From Oceanispirochaeta sp. (lineage in GTDB: Bacteria > Spirochaetota > Spirochaetia > DSM-2461), in the NCBI GenBank assembly GCA_963663385.2, contig CAXXXD010000002.1:448001-512000 (forward strand): a stretch of DNA of 64,000 nt, in the 5' to 3' direction. A program made the translations under genes and the position numbers. Numbering within the stretch: the first letter of the stretch is position 1; each line of letters opens with the position of its first letter. The notes beneath the pieces are model-generated. The model saw only the letters and a list, made by a program, of their open reading frames with translations. It did not search any database and was not told the origin of the DNA. Shown in pieces: positions 31,451-42,131 of this stretch.

Positions 31451-31599
31451 TATTGCTCTTCCTTAATGATCAGTTTGATTCCGATCTTTTAATATAGATA
31501 AAAAAGTATATATAAAACTATAACTATAAGGACGGCCCGTCAATAGAAATATTGGGAATATTCTCATTATTTTCAGGAAAATGTATCAGAAGGATGAGC

Positions 31600-31634
31600 A
31601 AAAAAAAACCTTCCACCTGGAAACAGGCGGAAGG
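31600..31634 (-). terminator. Intrinsic terminator of lon
   Basis: CCTTCCACCTG-GAAA-CAGGCGGAAGG stem preceded by a poly-A run (poly-U on the minus strand). Confidence 0.75.
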
Positions 31635-31657
31635 CGACTAATGGAATTTTATCAGGT

Positions 31658-34003
31658 TTAGAATACCAGATCCACAACCTCTTTGAAGGTTTCCACAGGA
31701 TGAAATGTGATTCCATTGCGAATATTCTCGGGAATCTCATCCAGGTCTCTCTCATTCTGTTTGGGAATGATAATATCCTTTATCTTGTTGCGCCGTGCGG
31801 CAATTGTCTTCTCTTTCAGACCGCCGATAGGCATAACCTTTCCTGTCAGGGAGAGTTCTCCCGTCATGGCCAGATTTTTTTTGATTGTTTTTTTCCTTGC
31901 CAGGGAGAGCAGGGCTGTTGCCATGGTAATACCGGCTGAGGGACCGTCTTTCGGGGTAGCCCCTTCCGGGATATGCAGGTGTATCAGGTTTTTGTCAAAG
32001 TACTCCTGTTTAATACCGAATTTTCCGGCGATTGTTTTTACATGGGAGTAAGCGATACTGGCCGATTCCTTCATTACGTCTCCCATCTGTCCGGTAAGCT
32101 GTATGCCTCCCTTGCCGGGGGTATTCACAGCTTCGATAATCAGGGTATCTCCCCCCATGCTGGTCCAGGCCAGACCGACAGTCATACCGGGGGCGCTGAC
32201 TTTCTTTGTTTCATCCTCCCGGAAATAGGGTTTTTTAAGATACTCTTCCAGGTTGTCCTTTGTGATTCGGATAGGAAACTCATCCACACCCCCGACAATT
32301 TTCCGGGCAGTTTTGCGGTTTATCTTGTCGATGGCTTTTTCAAAGGTTCTTACACCGGCTTCACGGGCATAGCCGTCCACGATATTCCTCAGGGCCGTTT
32401 TGTTAAATACCAGCTGCCCCTTTTTTATTCCGTGTTTCCTCATGGATTTGGGAATCAGGTATTTCCGGGCAATCTCGATCTTTTCATCGGTAATGTAACC
32501 GGATAGACGGATGATCTCCATCCGGTCCAGCAGGGGCCGGGGAATGGTATCCAGTGTATTGGCTGTTGCAATAAAAAGGATATGGGAGAGGTCGTAGGGA
32601 AGGTCCAGGTAGTGATCCCGGAACGCTATATTCTGTTCCGGGTCCAGTACTTCCAGCAGAGCAGAGGAGGGGTCTCCCTGATAGGACTGTCCCAGCTTGT
32701 CTATCTCATCAATCATAAAAACCGGGCCTTTGGTTTTGACAATTTTCAGACCCTGAATAATCTTGCCGGGCATAGCTCCCACATAGGTTCTTCTATGGCC
32801 CTTTATTTCGGCTTCATCCCGCATACCTCCTACGGAGAACCGGAAAAACTCCCGGTTAAGGGCACGGGCAATAGATTTTCCGATTGAGGTTTTTCCCACT
32901 CCCGGAGGGCCTACCAGGCAGATAATGGAACCTTTGTTGTCCTCTTTCAGTTTTCGTACGGCCAGGTATTCCAGTATCCGTTCCTTTACGTCTTCCAGGC
33001 CGTAGTGGTCCTGATTGAGGATTTTCTCTCCCTTGACAATATCCACCACTTCTGGCGCCGGATCATCCCAGGGAAGGTGTACGATGGTGTCCAGGTAGTT
33101 TCTGGTTACAATATACTCTGAAGAAGAAGGATCCATCAGGGAGAATTTCTCCAGTTCCCTGTCCACCTGTTCCTTTGTCTCTCCTTCAAAATTGAGTTCC
33201 TCAATTATCTCCTTGAATTTGAGGTACTCGCTGGACTTGGAATCCACCGGTTCACCCAGTTCTTTTTTGATAGCCTTGATCTCTTCTCTCAGGAAGTACT
33301 CTCTCTGGCTCTTCTCAATCTTTTCATTGATCTGGGTCGCAATTTTTTTCTGAATCCGGAGGAGGTCCTGCTCTTTTTTTATGTAGACAAGAACCTGTTC
33401 CATCCGGGTCATCACATCCAGCTGCTCCAGAACTTTCTGCTGCTGGTCCCTGTCTATATTAAGGATGGAGGTGATAAAGTCGGCAATCTTGCCGGGGTTG
33501 TCTATATTCACCATATTCAGTCTCATCTCTTCCGAAAAGAGAGGATTGTCTTCGGATATCTGTTTCATCTCGGAGATGAGAGAACGGGTCAGAGCTTTCA
33601 GTTCGTCCTTCTGCTCCTCCCCTGCGATATCATCCAGGTATTCAACCGCGGCAATTATGGGCGCCTCGCTGGTAAAGAACTTGCGTATTTTGAACCTTTT
33701 CACAGTGGAGATGAAAATATTGACTCCCCCGTCGGGCAGATTTATTTTTTTTACGATTTTCGCGGCTGTCCCTATCTGATAGATATTTTCCGGACCTGTT
33801 GCCGATTCATCTTCCTCTTTCAGAAGAACGAGACCTATTACTTTGTCATTTTCCATTGCCTGGTTGACAATTTCGATATCATCATTGGATGTGATCATGA
33901 TGGGAGTGAAAATACCGGGGAAAATGGGTTTCCCCAGAAGCGGTACGATAAAAAGTTTATCCGGCAATGCCTGTTCCGCTACGATGATTTCTCCGTCTGC
34001 CAT
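31658..34003 (-). CDS. lon: ATP-dependent protease La
   Basis: LON N-domain, GPPGVGKT, 'RGHRR'-like KGHRRTYVGA, 'PKDGPSAG' catalytic Ser. Confidence 0.98.
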   Translation of the reverse strand: MADGEIIVAEQALPDKLFIVPLLGKPIFPGIFTPIMITSNDDIEIVNQAMENDKVIGLVLLKEEDESATGPENIYQIGTAAKIVKKINLPDGGVNIFISTVKRFKIRKFFTSEAPIIAAVEYLDDIAGEEQKDELKALTRSLISEMKQISEDNPLFSEEMRLNMVNIDNPGKIADFITSILNIDRDQQQKVLEQLDVMTRMEQVLVYIKKEQDLLRIQKKIATQINEKIEKSQREYFLREEIKAIKKELGEPVDSKSSEYLKFKEIIEELNFEGETKEQVDRELEKFSLMDPSSSEYIVTRNYLDTIVHLPWDDPAPEVVDIVKGEKILNQDHYGLEDVKERILEYLAVRKLKEDNKGSIICLVGPPGVGKTSIGKSIARALNREFFRFSVGGMRDEAEIKGHRRTYVGAMPGKIIQGLKIVKTKGPVFMIDEIDKLGQSYQGDPSSALLEVLDPEQNIAFRDHYLDLPYDLSHILFIATANTLDTIPRPLLDRMEIIRLSGYITDEKIEIARKYLIPKSMRKHGIKKGQLVFNKTALRNIVDGYAREAGVRTFEKAIDKINRKTARKIVGGVDEFPIRITKDNLEEYLKKPYFREDETKKVSAPGMTVGLAWTSMGGDTLIIEAVNTPGKGGIQLTGQMGDVMKESASIAYSHVKTIAGKFGIKQEYFDKNLIHLHIPEGATPKDGPSAGITMATALLSLARKKTIKKNLAMTGELSLTGKVMPIGGLKEKTIAARRNKIKDIIIPKQNERDLDEIPENIRNGITFHPVETFKEVVDLVF

Positions 34004-34145
34004 GTATTACCTCTATGCTCTTATATTCTTGGTATGGATTATCCCAGTCATTTGAATTTATTATTTCCATCCCTTAAAGGCAAGATAATTCGAGCAGTAA
34101 GTCTTTTTTGGTTGGATCGGCGGTTTTTTTTAGTATATTAAGATT

Positions 34146-34871
34146 GTGGGGCGACTGATAAAAGACAAATATATTCCTTTGAAGACAAAACCAATGGGAG
34201 ACAACCACCGTACTGTTTATATGCTGACTGCCGGACAGGGGCTGATATATGCGGCTGCATTCGGCGTTTCAGGCAAAACGGCACGGCTCCGTCCGCTTAT
34301 CCAGCCTTTTTCTCTTTGCGACGGGGATTTCTATCTGGATCCAGTAAAAAAGCTCTGGCGCCTGAAAGACGGCACATGTCTTAACAGACATGACTCTTTT
34401 CATTCAAGCCTCAGGAAATATTACGCTGCTGTATTCTGGAGTGAACTGATTTTCAAAACCCATGGAGGGGCAGGTTCCGGTGATTTTTTTCAGCTCAGCG
34501 CTGATTTCCTGGATGAGCTTGACCGGGCCGGAAACGAAGAGGTTCCCCTTCTTCTGATTTCTGTATTATGGATTTTTCTCGGGCAGGAAGGGATCCGGCC
34601 CGATCTGGAACGCTGTGCCCGCTGCGGCAGAAAAGCGCCTGATAAGAGAGCTGTCTGTTACGACCCGGAAGGGCATGTGGTTTGTTCCCGCTGCCGGATA
34701 GCCCAGCTGCCGGTTCTTTCTGAAAAAGCTCGCTCCTATCTATCGGGCGCAGCGGATATCATCCCGAACCGGGATGATGTTGATTCCCTCTATACCTATA
34801 TTCTTTCAATTCTCAAGGTACTTTCCAGCTTCTCCTTTGAAAAGGAAAGTCTGGATATTATTTTTAAATAG
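34146..34871 (+). CDS. recO: DNA repair protein RecO
   Basis: N-terminal OB-fold pattern; C-terminal Zn finger 'CARCG...CSRC'. Confidence 0.8.
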   Translation: MGRLIKDKYIPLKTKPMGDNHRTVYMLTAGQGLIYAAAFGVSGKTARLRPLIQPFSLCDGDFYLDPVKKLWRLKDGTCLNRHDSFHSSLRKYYAAVFWSELIFKTHGGAGSGDFFQLSADFLDELDRAGNEEVPLLLISVLWIFLGQEGIRPDLERCARCGRKAPDKRAVCYDPEGHVVCSRCRIAQLPVLSEKARSYLSGAADIIPNRDDVDSLYTYILSILKVLSSFSFEKESLDIIFK

Positions 34872-34979
34872 TGAAAATGTAATATAAAGCAATCCAATCC
34901 ACACAGTCTCCACTGTCTGCCACTTGAGAGTCGTGAGTCTTAGTTATATACTTTTTTATCGTACCGGGTTATTTGGCAG

Positions 34980-37088
34980 GTGGTTGAATTCATGACTGAT
35001 AAAAAAGTAAAAGCATTGAAAAAAAGTCTTATTGTCTCTTTCATATTCTACTTTATGATTTTTCAGATTGTCGTATTTCTGGGATTGGGAATTCTCCTCA
35101 GGAGCTCCACCAACAATATGATATTCAGTATGCAGGAAAAGAATCTGATGGTGATGGCCGACTCCCTGGAAGATACCCTGTCCATGGAGATTCATAATAT
35201 CAAGGAGCTTGTATTTGCCCATACCATGAACAGGGATTTTCATGAAGGTTTGAAAAAGGGTGACTACTTTAACGTTGACAGTATTCTGAAACGTATCCTT
35301 AATCAGAACAATTTCTTTGAAACCGTATTCCTGGCTGATCAGAACGGAACGGTTACCGCATCAACCCGCTTTAATAATTTAAGAGCCGATATTTCGGGAT
35401 TGGAGTATTTCAAGGCAACCGTAGAAGAGAATCAGGAAAAATATGTTACCCCCAGTGCCATTATCTCGAAAGTAACGGGCAATCCGGTTATTGTTTTTTC
35501 ATCCCCTGTCCGTGATAACGGTCAGGTTATCGGTATGCTGGGAGTATCTCTGGATCTTGGCCTTTTCGGAGAAGAGACTATTACAGACAAGAAGATAGGC
35601 AACACCGGATATGGTTTTGTTCTGGATAATCATAATGCCATTATCATTCACCCGGATCTTGATGTACTGATGGAAAACACCAGTGAACTGGATTTTATCA
35701 GGGATGTCAGGTCCCTGGGTGATCAGAAGATTTTTTATCCCTATACCCACAAGGGTGAAGCCAAGCAGGGCGCATTTATTAAGATGGAAGGGCTTGACTG
35801 GATGATTATCGCTTCAATACCGGACAGGGAGGTCTCAGCCATCGGACGGAGACTCACGGGGATTCTTGTAATAATTCTGGTTGTCAGTAATATTCTGATG
35901 GGGTTCTACCTGTTTGCCCTGGTCAGGATAAAGATCACCCGGAAACTGGTTCCTCTCCAGCAGTTAATGGGGAAGGCCGCACAAGGCGAGCTCGGTGAGA
36001 GGGGGACTATAAAGGGAAGTGATGAACTGGCTTCCATTACAGACAGCTATAATACTCTTGCCGAATCCCTTGGAGCCTTCTTCAGGGGGATGAATACAAA
36101 CCTGGAGGATCTGGAAAACCGGGGGCTTGAACTTTCGGCCAATATGGAAGAGACCGCTGCAGCGGTTCATCAGATAAAGGCTAATATCAACAGTTCCATG
36201 GGGCTGTTTCAGAACCAGGAAGCGAGTGTCAACTCTACTGTAACGGCTGTTGAGCAGTTGACCAGAAATATTGAGTCTCAGGATAACAGTATCGATAAGC
36301 AGAACGGCAGTATTATCGAGTCCTCATCGGCTGTGGAAGAGATGATAGCCCAGAATCAGGCTATAGGCGCTTCGGTAGAAGAAGCTGAGAACTATATGAA
36401 GATCCTTTTGAAATCATCGGAAGAGGGCCGGGGCAATATCCGTCATGTGGCGGATCTGGTCAGTACTATTTCGGAAAAATCCAGCGATCTGGAAACGGCG
36501 AACAGTCTTATCAGCGGAATCGCCGCGCGGACAAATCTGCTCGCCATGAATGCTGCCATCGAAGCGGCTCATGCGGGTGATGCAGGGCGGGGGTTTGCAG
36601 TTGTTGCCGATGAGATCCGGAAACTGGCGGAACAGGCCACTGCCCAGTCTGCCCAGGTAAAGGCTTCCATTTCAGAGATCAACCAGTATATCAAGGATGT
36701 CGTCGAAGGTTCCCAGTCTTCCGGCCAATCCTATGAGATAATCCAAATGAATATCCGGAGAATGGGTGAGCTTACCAGTACAATCCGCTCTTCCATGCAT
36801 GAACAGTCTGCCGGAGGCAGTATGATTCTGAATTCTCTGACGGATATGCGGGAGCATGCCGCGGATGTTCAGAGCGGTTCTCAGGAGATGACTATGGGGA
36901 ACAGGGTAATCCTGGATGAAGTCAGTACACTCCGTAATATCAACGATCAGTTGAATATGGCTATGAAAGAGATTTCCCACGGGATTGATGAGATAAATCA
37001 ATCCGTACTGGATGTTTCAGAGCTGACAGGTAAGAACCGGGAAAGTATTCAGCAGGTTAAGAGTGATGCCTCTCTGTACAGATTGTAA
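34980..37088 (+). CDS. Methyl-accepting chemotaxis protein (dCache-HAMP)
   Basis: '[38 protein letters not shown]'; start may be ATG 34992. Confidence 0.95.
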   Translation: MVEFMTDKKVKALKKSLIVSFIFYFMIFQIVVFLGLGILLRSSTNNMIFSMQEKNLMVMADSLEDTLSMEIHNIKELVFAHTMNRDFHEGLKKGDYFNVDSILKRILNQNNFFETVFLADQNGTVTASTRFNNLRADISGLEYFKATVEENQEKYVTPSAIISKVTGNPVIVFSSPVRDNGQVIGMLGVSLDLGLFGEETITDKKIGNTGYGFVLDNHNAIIIHPDLDVLMENTSELDFIRDVRSLGDQKIFYPYTHKGEAKQGAFIKMEGLDWMIIASIPDREVSAIGRRLTGILVIILVVSNILMGFYLFALVRIKITRKLVPLQQLMGKAAQGELGERGTIKGSDELASITDSYNTLAESLGAFFRGMNTNLEDLENRGLELSANMEETAAAVHQIKANINSSMGLFQNQEASVNSTVTAVEQLTRNIESQDNSIDKQNGSIIESSSAVEEMIAQNQAIGASVEEAENYMKILLKSSEEGRGNIRHVADLVSTISEKSSDLETANSLISGIAARTNLLAMNAAIEAAHAGDAGRGFAVVADEIRKLAEQATAQSAQVKASISEINQYIKDVVEGSQSSGQSYEIIQMNIRRMGELTSTIRSSMHEQSAGGSMILNSLTDMREHAADVQSGSQEMTMGNRVILDEVSTLRNINDQLNMAMKEISHGIDEINQSVLDVSELTGKNRESIQQVKSDASLYRL

Positions 37089-37197
37089 CTGATGGGAGAA
37101 ATATTGAAGGCGTCCGGGAAGATGCCTCCTGGTACAGTCTGTAGGTTAATATAAAATACGAAAACTTTTCTAATATGTTATACTTGGAATCAGAACC

Positions 37198-37752
37198 ATG
37201 AAAAGACTTTTCCTTGCCCTGCCCCTGTCGGAAGAGGCTGCTCTGAAGCTCTGGACAGCCTGGGAACCCCTTCGCTTTACTTCCCGCCAAACAAGATGGA
37301 TCGGTCCGGAGCAGTTTCATATTACCCTGGCCTTTCTGGGAGACTGCAACGAAAGTCTTATCTCCTCCCTGGTTCCTATCATGGAGGAGACGGGAGAACA
37401 CTACTCTCCCATACCTGTCTGTACGGGAGGACCGGGGCAGTTCCCCCCGGGAGATCACCCAAAAGTGCTCTTTGAATCCCTGAGGGACGGGCAGAACAAG
37501 ACGATTAAGCTGAATAAACACCTGCGGCGGCATCTTGCCACCATGGTAGACCTGGAAAAAAGAAAGTTTCAACCTCATATCACCATGGCCCGGATTAAGG
37601 CAAAAAACCTTATCCTTCCTCCTGTTTATGCCCGGACGGATTTTCCCGGAATAAGCGACACTCTGGAGGAGCTGGTCCTTTTTGAATCTCGTCTGACACC
37701 TTCCGGAGCAGTTTATACACCTTTGCATATCACTCCCCTCCGGGGAGGATGA
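37198..37752 (+). CDS. thpR: RNA 2',3'-cyclic phosphodiesterase (2H family)
   Basis: 'RLFLAL', two HxT motifs (FHITL, PHITM), 'LFESRL..SGAVY'. Confidence 0.9.
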   Translation: MKRLFLALPLSEEAALKLWTAWEPLRFTSRQTRWIGPEQFHITLAFLGDCNESLISSLVPIMEETGEHYSPIPVCTGGPGQFPPGDHPKVLFESLRDGQNKTIKLNKHLRRHLATMVDLEKRKFQPHITMARIKAKNLILPPVYARTDFPGISDTLEELVLFESRLTPSGAVYTPLHITPLRGG

Positions 37753-37761
37753 AGGAAGGAA

Positions 37762-38625
37762 GGGGGACGGAGGTTCCCTTTCATAAATCTGAAGCAATAA
37801 TTATTGTTTTCGAGGCTGATTGATCCACATTTTCTATCAGATACTATGACATTAAAGTACTTCTGATTAAAAATAATTATCAAAGTAACGCTTCTATCTG
37901 TTATTCCTCTGTATTTTTCAAGGAATATATAAAAACAGATCTCTTCTCCTATGGTCTTCTGGAACTGCTTAAGTAAAGAGGTGTTCGGGAAAGAAGGATC
38001 TCCTTGATTTTAAGAGCTCAGTTACTTAAAAAAAGCAGCTTTAACAGCTCATCCGGAGGATCCACCACTCTTAAGCGGTTTCGTTTCAATTCATATAAGC
38101 CGCTGTAAACATAGTCCTTTGAGTTTTTACAGATTCCGGCTTTTACCGGGTTATCCGAAATATACTGAAATGTATTTAATAATTGTACGAAGCTGCTGAT
38201 AATTACACTCTTAAAACGGTCGTACCAAACATGACCTATAAGGTTGAACATTTTATTAAAGCGGATGGCAAATGTAGCTAAAATCCACTGCATTAATTTT
38301 GACAGGCTTGTGCCGGGCCCCGGTTCTACTAGCATGTGTATGTGGTTACTCATTATAGTGTAATGTTTTAATTTGATACTATATTTATCGTGAGCATCTT
38401 CTATAACACATAGAAGCAACTCCTTCACTTCATCGGGATTCAATAGAAATTCCCCTCTGTTTGTCTTTGCTGTAACATGGTATCTAGCTCCCTCCTGGAG
38501 CGATCTGGGTTTTCTCATACAAGTATTAATTGGAAGAACTTAACTGCTGATTCAATTTCCTGGGATAAAGATCGCCAAATAGAATCCTCCGTCCCCCCCC
38601 GGGATAAAATCATACCTCCGTCCCC
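37762..38625. mobile_element. RAYT locus bounded by GGGGACGGAGG motifs in inverted orientation
   Basis: GGGGGACGGAGGT at 37762-37774; CCTCCGTCCCCC at 38586-38597; ACCTCCGTCCCC at 38614-38625; AT-rich interior. Confidence 0.6.
38018..38518 (-). CDS. REP-associated tyrosine transposase (RAYT, Y1 HUH family)
   Basis: 'YHVTAK', HUH motif 'MSNHIHMLV', 'VWYDRFKS', catalytic 'YISDNPVKAG'. Confidence 0.9.
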   Translation of the reverse strand: MRKPRSLQEGARYHVTAKTNRGEFLLNPDEVKELLLCVIEDAHDKYSIKLKHYTIMSNHIHMLVEPGPGTSLSKLMQWILATFAIRFNKMFNLIGHVWYDRFKSVIISSFVQLLNTFQYISDNPVKAGICKNSKDYVYSGLYELKRNRLRVVDPPDELLKLLFLSN

Positions 38626-38719
38626 AGCAGCTATAAGGACTGACCAATCCTTTCCAAAATAGACAGATACTTCCGGTCCGGGTTATAATTATTGTTTAGC
38701 ACCGAAAGGAGGCCGGCTT

Positions 38720-40024
38720 ATGAGAGCAGCAGATATAATAATGAAAAAGAGGGACGGAGGTGAACTTACCGAGGCAGAGATCCAGTTCCTGATTTCCGGG
38801 TATGTAAAGGGGGAGATCCCCGACTACCAGGTTTCCGCCTGGCTGATGGCTGTGTTTTTTCAGGGGATGACCCCGTCTGAAACCGGAGTCCTGACCCGTC
38901 TGATGATGGAATCCGGAGCCGTTCTGGATTTGAGCTCTCTTTCAGGTCCTCTTGTAGACAAACACTCCACAGGCGGAGTCGGGGATAAAACCTCTCTTAT
39001 CCTGGCCCCTGTCGCGGCTGCCTGCGGTCTTCAGGTTCCCATGATGAGCGGACGGGCTCTGGGGCATACGGGGGGGACCCTGGATAAGCTGGAATCTGTT
39101 AAAGGATACAATATCAACCTCAATCAGGATGATATTATCCGGGTTATCGATCAATCGGGGTATGTTGTCATGGGGCAGACAGCCGAGATCGTTCCGGCCG
39201 ACCGCAAGATGTATGCTCTGAGGGATGTCACATCCACAGTCGAATCCATTCCTCTTATTACAGCCAGTATCCTCAGTAAAAAACTGGCCGAAGGGGCGGA
39301 AGGACTTGTCTTTGATGTGAAGTCCGGCGCGGGCGCCTTTATGAAAACCGAAGATCAGGCCGGGGCTCTGGCTGAATCCCTGGTTAATACGGGGAGGGCT
39401 ATGGGGCGGAAGATCAATGCGGTTATCACCTCCATGGAGGAACCTCTTGGCCGGATGGTAGGGAACTTTCTGGAAGTGGAGGAGTCCTGGGACTGCCTGA
39501 ACGGACGGGGACCGGAGGACCTGATGGAAGTTACCCTGGCTTTGGCATCCCGGATGCTGGTAGTGGGCGGTGTTTGCTCAAATTCGGAAGAAGCCCTTTT
39601 CCTTTGCCGGGAAAAAATCGATAATGGGGAAGCAGCCGATCGCTTTTTGGCCAATATGGAAGCCCAGGGAGGAGACTCTGAGTGGTTTCTGGCGCAGACA
39701 GGATCCTGGAGAGCCCCCGAATCGGTTAAGCTGAAGGCATGGGATGATGGATTTGTTGGAAGTATTGATGCCTATGCCACCGGAATGTGCGCTGTTGGTC
39801 TTGGTGTAGGCAGGAATAAGGCGGATGATCCGGTCCAGCCTCATACGGGTATCCGGTTTGTGAAAAAAACGGGTGATCCTGTGAAAAAAAATGAAGCCCT
39901 GTGCGAAATTTTTGCTGTAGATAAGGTACAGGCTCGGGAAGCTGTAGAAAAAATGCGCGCCGCTTTTGTTATCGGTGCGGATCAGCCCGGAAGATCTTCA
40001 TTGATCCTCCGGGAAATAACTTAG
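38720..40024 (+). CDS. pdp: Pyrimidine-nucleoside (thymidine) phosphorylase
   Basis: 'DKHSTGGVGDK', 'SGRALGHTGGTLDKLES', 'LRDVT.TVESIPLITASILSKK'. Confidence 0.95.
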   Translation: MRAADIIMKKRDGGELTEAEIQFLISGYVKGEIPDYQVSAWLMAVFFQGMTPSETGVLTRLMMESGAVLDLSSLSGPLVDKHSTGGVGDKTSLILAPVAAACGLQVPMMSGRALGHTGGTLDKLESVKGYNINLNQDDIIRVIDQSGYVVMGQTAEIVPADRKMYALRDVTSTVESIPLITASILSKKLAEGAEGLVFDVKSGAGAFMKTEDQAGALAESLVNTGRAMGRKINAVITSMEEPLGRMVGNFLEVEESWDCLNGRGPEDLMEVTLALASRMLVVGGVCSNSEEALFLCREKIDNGEAADRFLANMEAQGGDSEWFLAQTGSWRAPESVKLKAWDDGFVGSIDAYATGMCAVGLGVGRNKADDPVQPHTGIRFVKKTGDPVKKNEALCEIFAVDKVQAREAVEKMRAAFVIGADQPGRSSLILREIT

Positions 40025-40025
40025 T

Positions 40026-42131
40026 ATGAAATGGAATAAAAAATATATAGATCCCGTTCTGGTGAGAGCCCGGGCTGAGAAGATGCATATTGATCTTCTT
40101 CAGACCGCGATTCTTATGAGGCGGGATATTGCGGAAGAGGATTTTCTCTATTTTCTGGAGGATGATTTGCGTTATCTGCATAATCCTTTTCTCTTCCGGC
40201 ACATGACCGATGCGGTGGACCGGGTTCATACCGCAGTGGAAGAAGAGGAGAAAATCCTTATTTGCGGAGACCGGGATGTGGATGGTATCACCTCTACGGT
40301 TCTGCTCTATGAAGCCCTGAAACGGGAAGGGGCGGATGTCAGCTGGCGTGTCCCTGTGGGAGATGAAGCCTATGGTCTGAATCCCGAGGTTATCCGGGAG
40401 TTCGCGTCCGGAGACGGAACACTGATCTTCTGCGTGGACTGCGGGATATCGGATTTTGCGGAAATTGAGCTGGCCGGTTCTCTGGGAATCGATGTGATAG
40501 TTCTGGATCATCACAATCCGAGGGAAGGGGACCTGCCAGACGCGTTTGCCATTATCAACCCCAAAGTAAAAGAAGATGCCTATCCCTTTGACGGACTGGC
40601 CGGCTGCGGTGTCGTATCCAAGATGATCTGGGCTCTCTGCTTTGGACGGACTGAGCTTTATAATCAGAACTACTGTTTTTTCTATGTAGACAGCGAGAGT
40701 AAACAACTTGAAATCTACAAGTATGTGAATCTGCTGGAAACTGAAAGGAGAATCTATCCGCTGGAAAAACCGGTCACTCTGGATGAACTGTCAGATTTCC
40801 TGAGGGGATGGCTCCTGTTCAGCTACGGCATGAAGGAGCAGAAGGAGTGGTTTCAGAAAATTTTCGGATCTGCTGCCGATATTCAGATCAACGATCTGGC
40901 CGAAGAACTCTGCCGGGATTTTCCCACTCTCCGGGGGCGGGCATTCCGGGAACTTCGGGATAACAGCCGATATGCCCGCTATTCCGCCGGTCCTGTGGAT
41001 AACGGAACTGCGTTTCTCTACCTCTTCTCCGGCTTGATGCTGAAGCGCTACAGTGGTGAATTCAATCAGTTCTCCGGCTCCCTTGATCTGGTTGCCCTGG
41101 GAACTCTGGCTGATCTGATGCCCCTGCAGAACGAGAACCGTATCCTTATAAGAAAAGGACTCCCCGGTTTGATGAGAGCCGGCCGGCCGGGGATGCGGGA
41201 ACTGTTTATCAGGCAGCGTATTCTGGGAAGGCCTCTGGAAACTTCCGATGTCTCCTGGCTAATCTCCCCCTGGATAAATTCTTCCGGCAGAATGGGAAAG
41301 GCTGATCTGGCTGTTGAACTTTTTACTACGGAAGACCCGGCCCGCAGAGAAGTTCTGGCTGATGAGATGCATAGCATAAATCAGGAACGCAAAAAGCTGG
41401 GGGATTCTCTCTGGGAACAGGCTGCTTCGGAAGCCCGCAGTGAGATGGAAAAATATCATAATAAGCTGATCCTGATCAGTCATCTGCCTGTTCCAAGGGG
41501 ATTGACAGGTATTGTGGCATCCCGTATGGTCAGCAGCTTTAAAGTTCCCGCTATAATTCTGTCCCATCAGGAAGACGGATCCCTTTCCGGTTCTGTCCGC
41601 ACCCCGGATGACTGTCCTGTAAAGACCATCCTTGAAGGGATGACCGATCTTTTTACAGATTTCGGAGGGCATGACTGTGCCGCCGGATTCAGTATGGACG
41701 GCGGGAATGAAGACGTCTTTTTCAGGCGTCTGTCAGCTTTTACCAAAGGGTGGGTACCGGAAGAGAAGGTGGAACCTGTTCCCGAAGTGGATGCGGAAAT
41801 CCCTTCAGATTACCTCTCTCCCGAATTGTGGAAGATGGTTACAGATCTGGAGCCTTATGGAGACAGTTTCCGACCCATATTGTTTTACAGCAGGAATGTT
41901 CTTATTGAAAAGACAGACCTGATAGGGAAAGAGCCCCAGAACCATCTGAAATTCCTTCTGAATACGGGAGAATATAAATGCCCGGCCCTTTTCTGGAACG
42001 GAGCTGAGCGTTTTCAGGACTTTATGCACCCGGACAACCGGGTAAATTTGCTGTATCATGTAAGAAAGAACTATTATATGAATAAAGAGACCCTGCAAAT
42101 GGTTATTGTTGATATGGAGCCTGCTGAATGA
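40026..42131 (+). CDS. recJ: ssDNA-specific exonuclease RecJ, with an internal insertion
   Basis: 'GDRDVDG', 'VDCG', 'LDHH', 'LGTLAD', 'NSSGRM', 'GGH..AAG'. Confidence 0.93.
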   Translation: MKWNKKYIDPVLVRARAEKMHIDLLQTAILMRRDIAEEDFLYFLEDDLRYLHNPFLFRHMTDAVDRVHTAVEEEEKILICGDRDVDGITSTVLLYEALKREGADVSWRVPVGDEAYGLNPEVIREFASGDGTLIFCVDCGISDFAEIELAGSLGIDVIVLDHHNPREGDLPDAFAIINPKVKEDAYPFDGLAGCGVVSKMIWALCFGRTELYNQNYCFFYVDSESKQLEIYKYVNLLETERRIYPLEKPVTLDELSDFLRGWLLFSYGMKEQKEWFQKIFGSAADIQINDLAEELCRDFPTLRGRAFRELRDNSRYARYSAGPVDNGTAFLYLFSGLMLKRYSGEFNQFSGSLDLVALGTLADLMPLQNENRILIRKGLPGLMRAGRPGMRELFIRQRILGRPLETSDVSWLISPWINSSGRMGKADLAVELFTTEDPARREVLADEMHSINQERKKLGDSLWEQAASEARSEMEKYHNKLILISHLPVPRGLTGIVASRMVSSFKVPAIILSHQEDGSLSGSVRTPDDCPVKTILEGMTDLFTDFGGHDCAAGFSMDGGNEDVFFRRLSAFTKGWVPEEKVEPVPEVDAEIPSDYLSPELWKMVTDLEPYGDSFRPILFYSRNVLIEKTDLIGKEPQNHLKFLLNTGEYKCPALFWNGAERFQDFMHPDNRVNLLYHVRKNYYMNKETLQMVIVDMEPAE

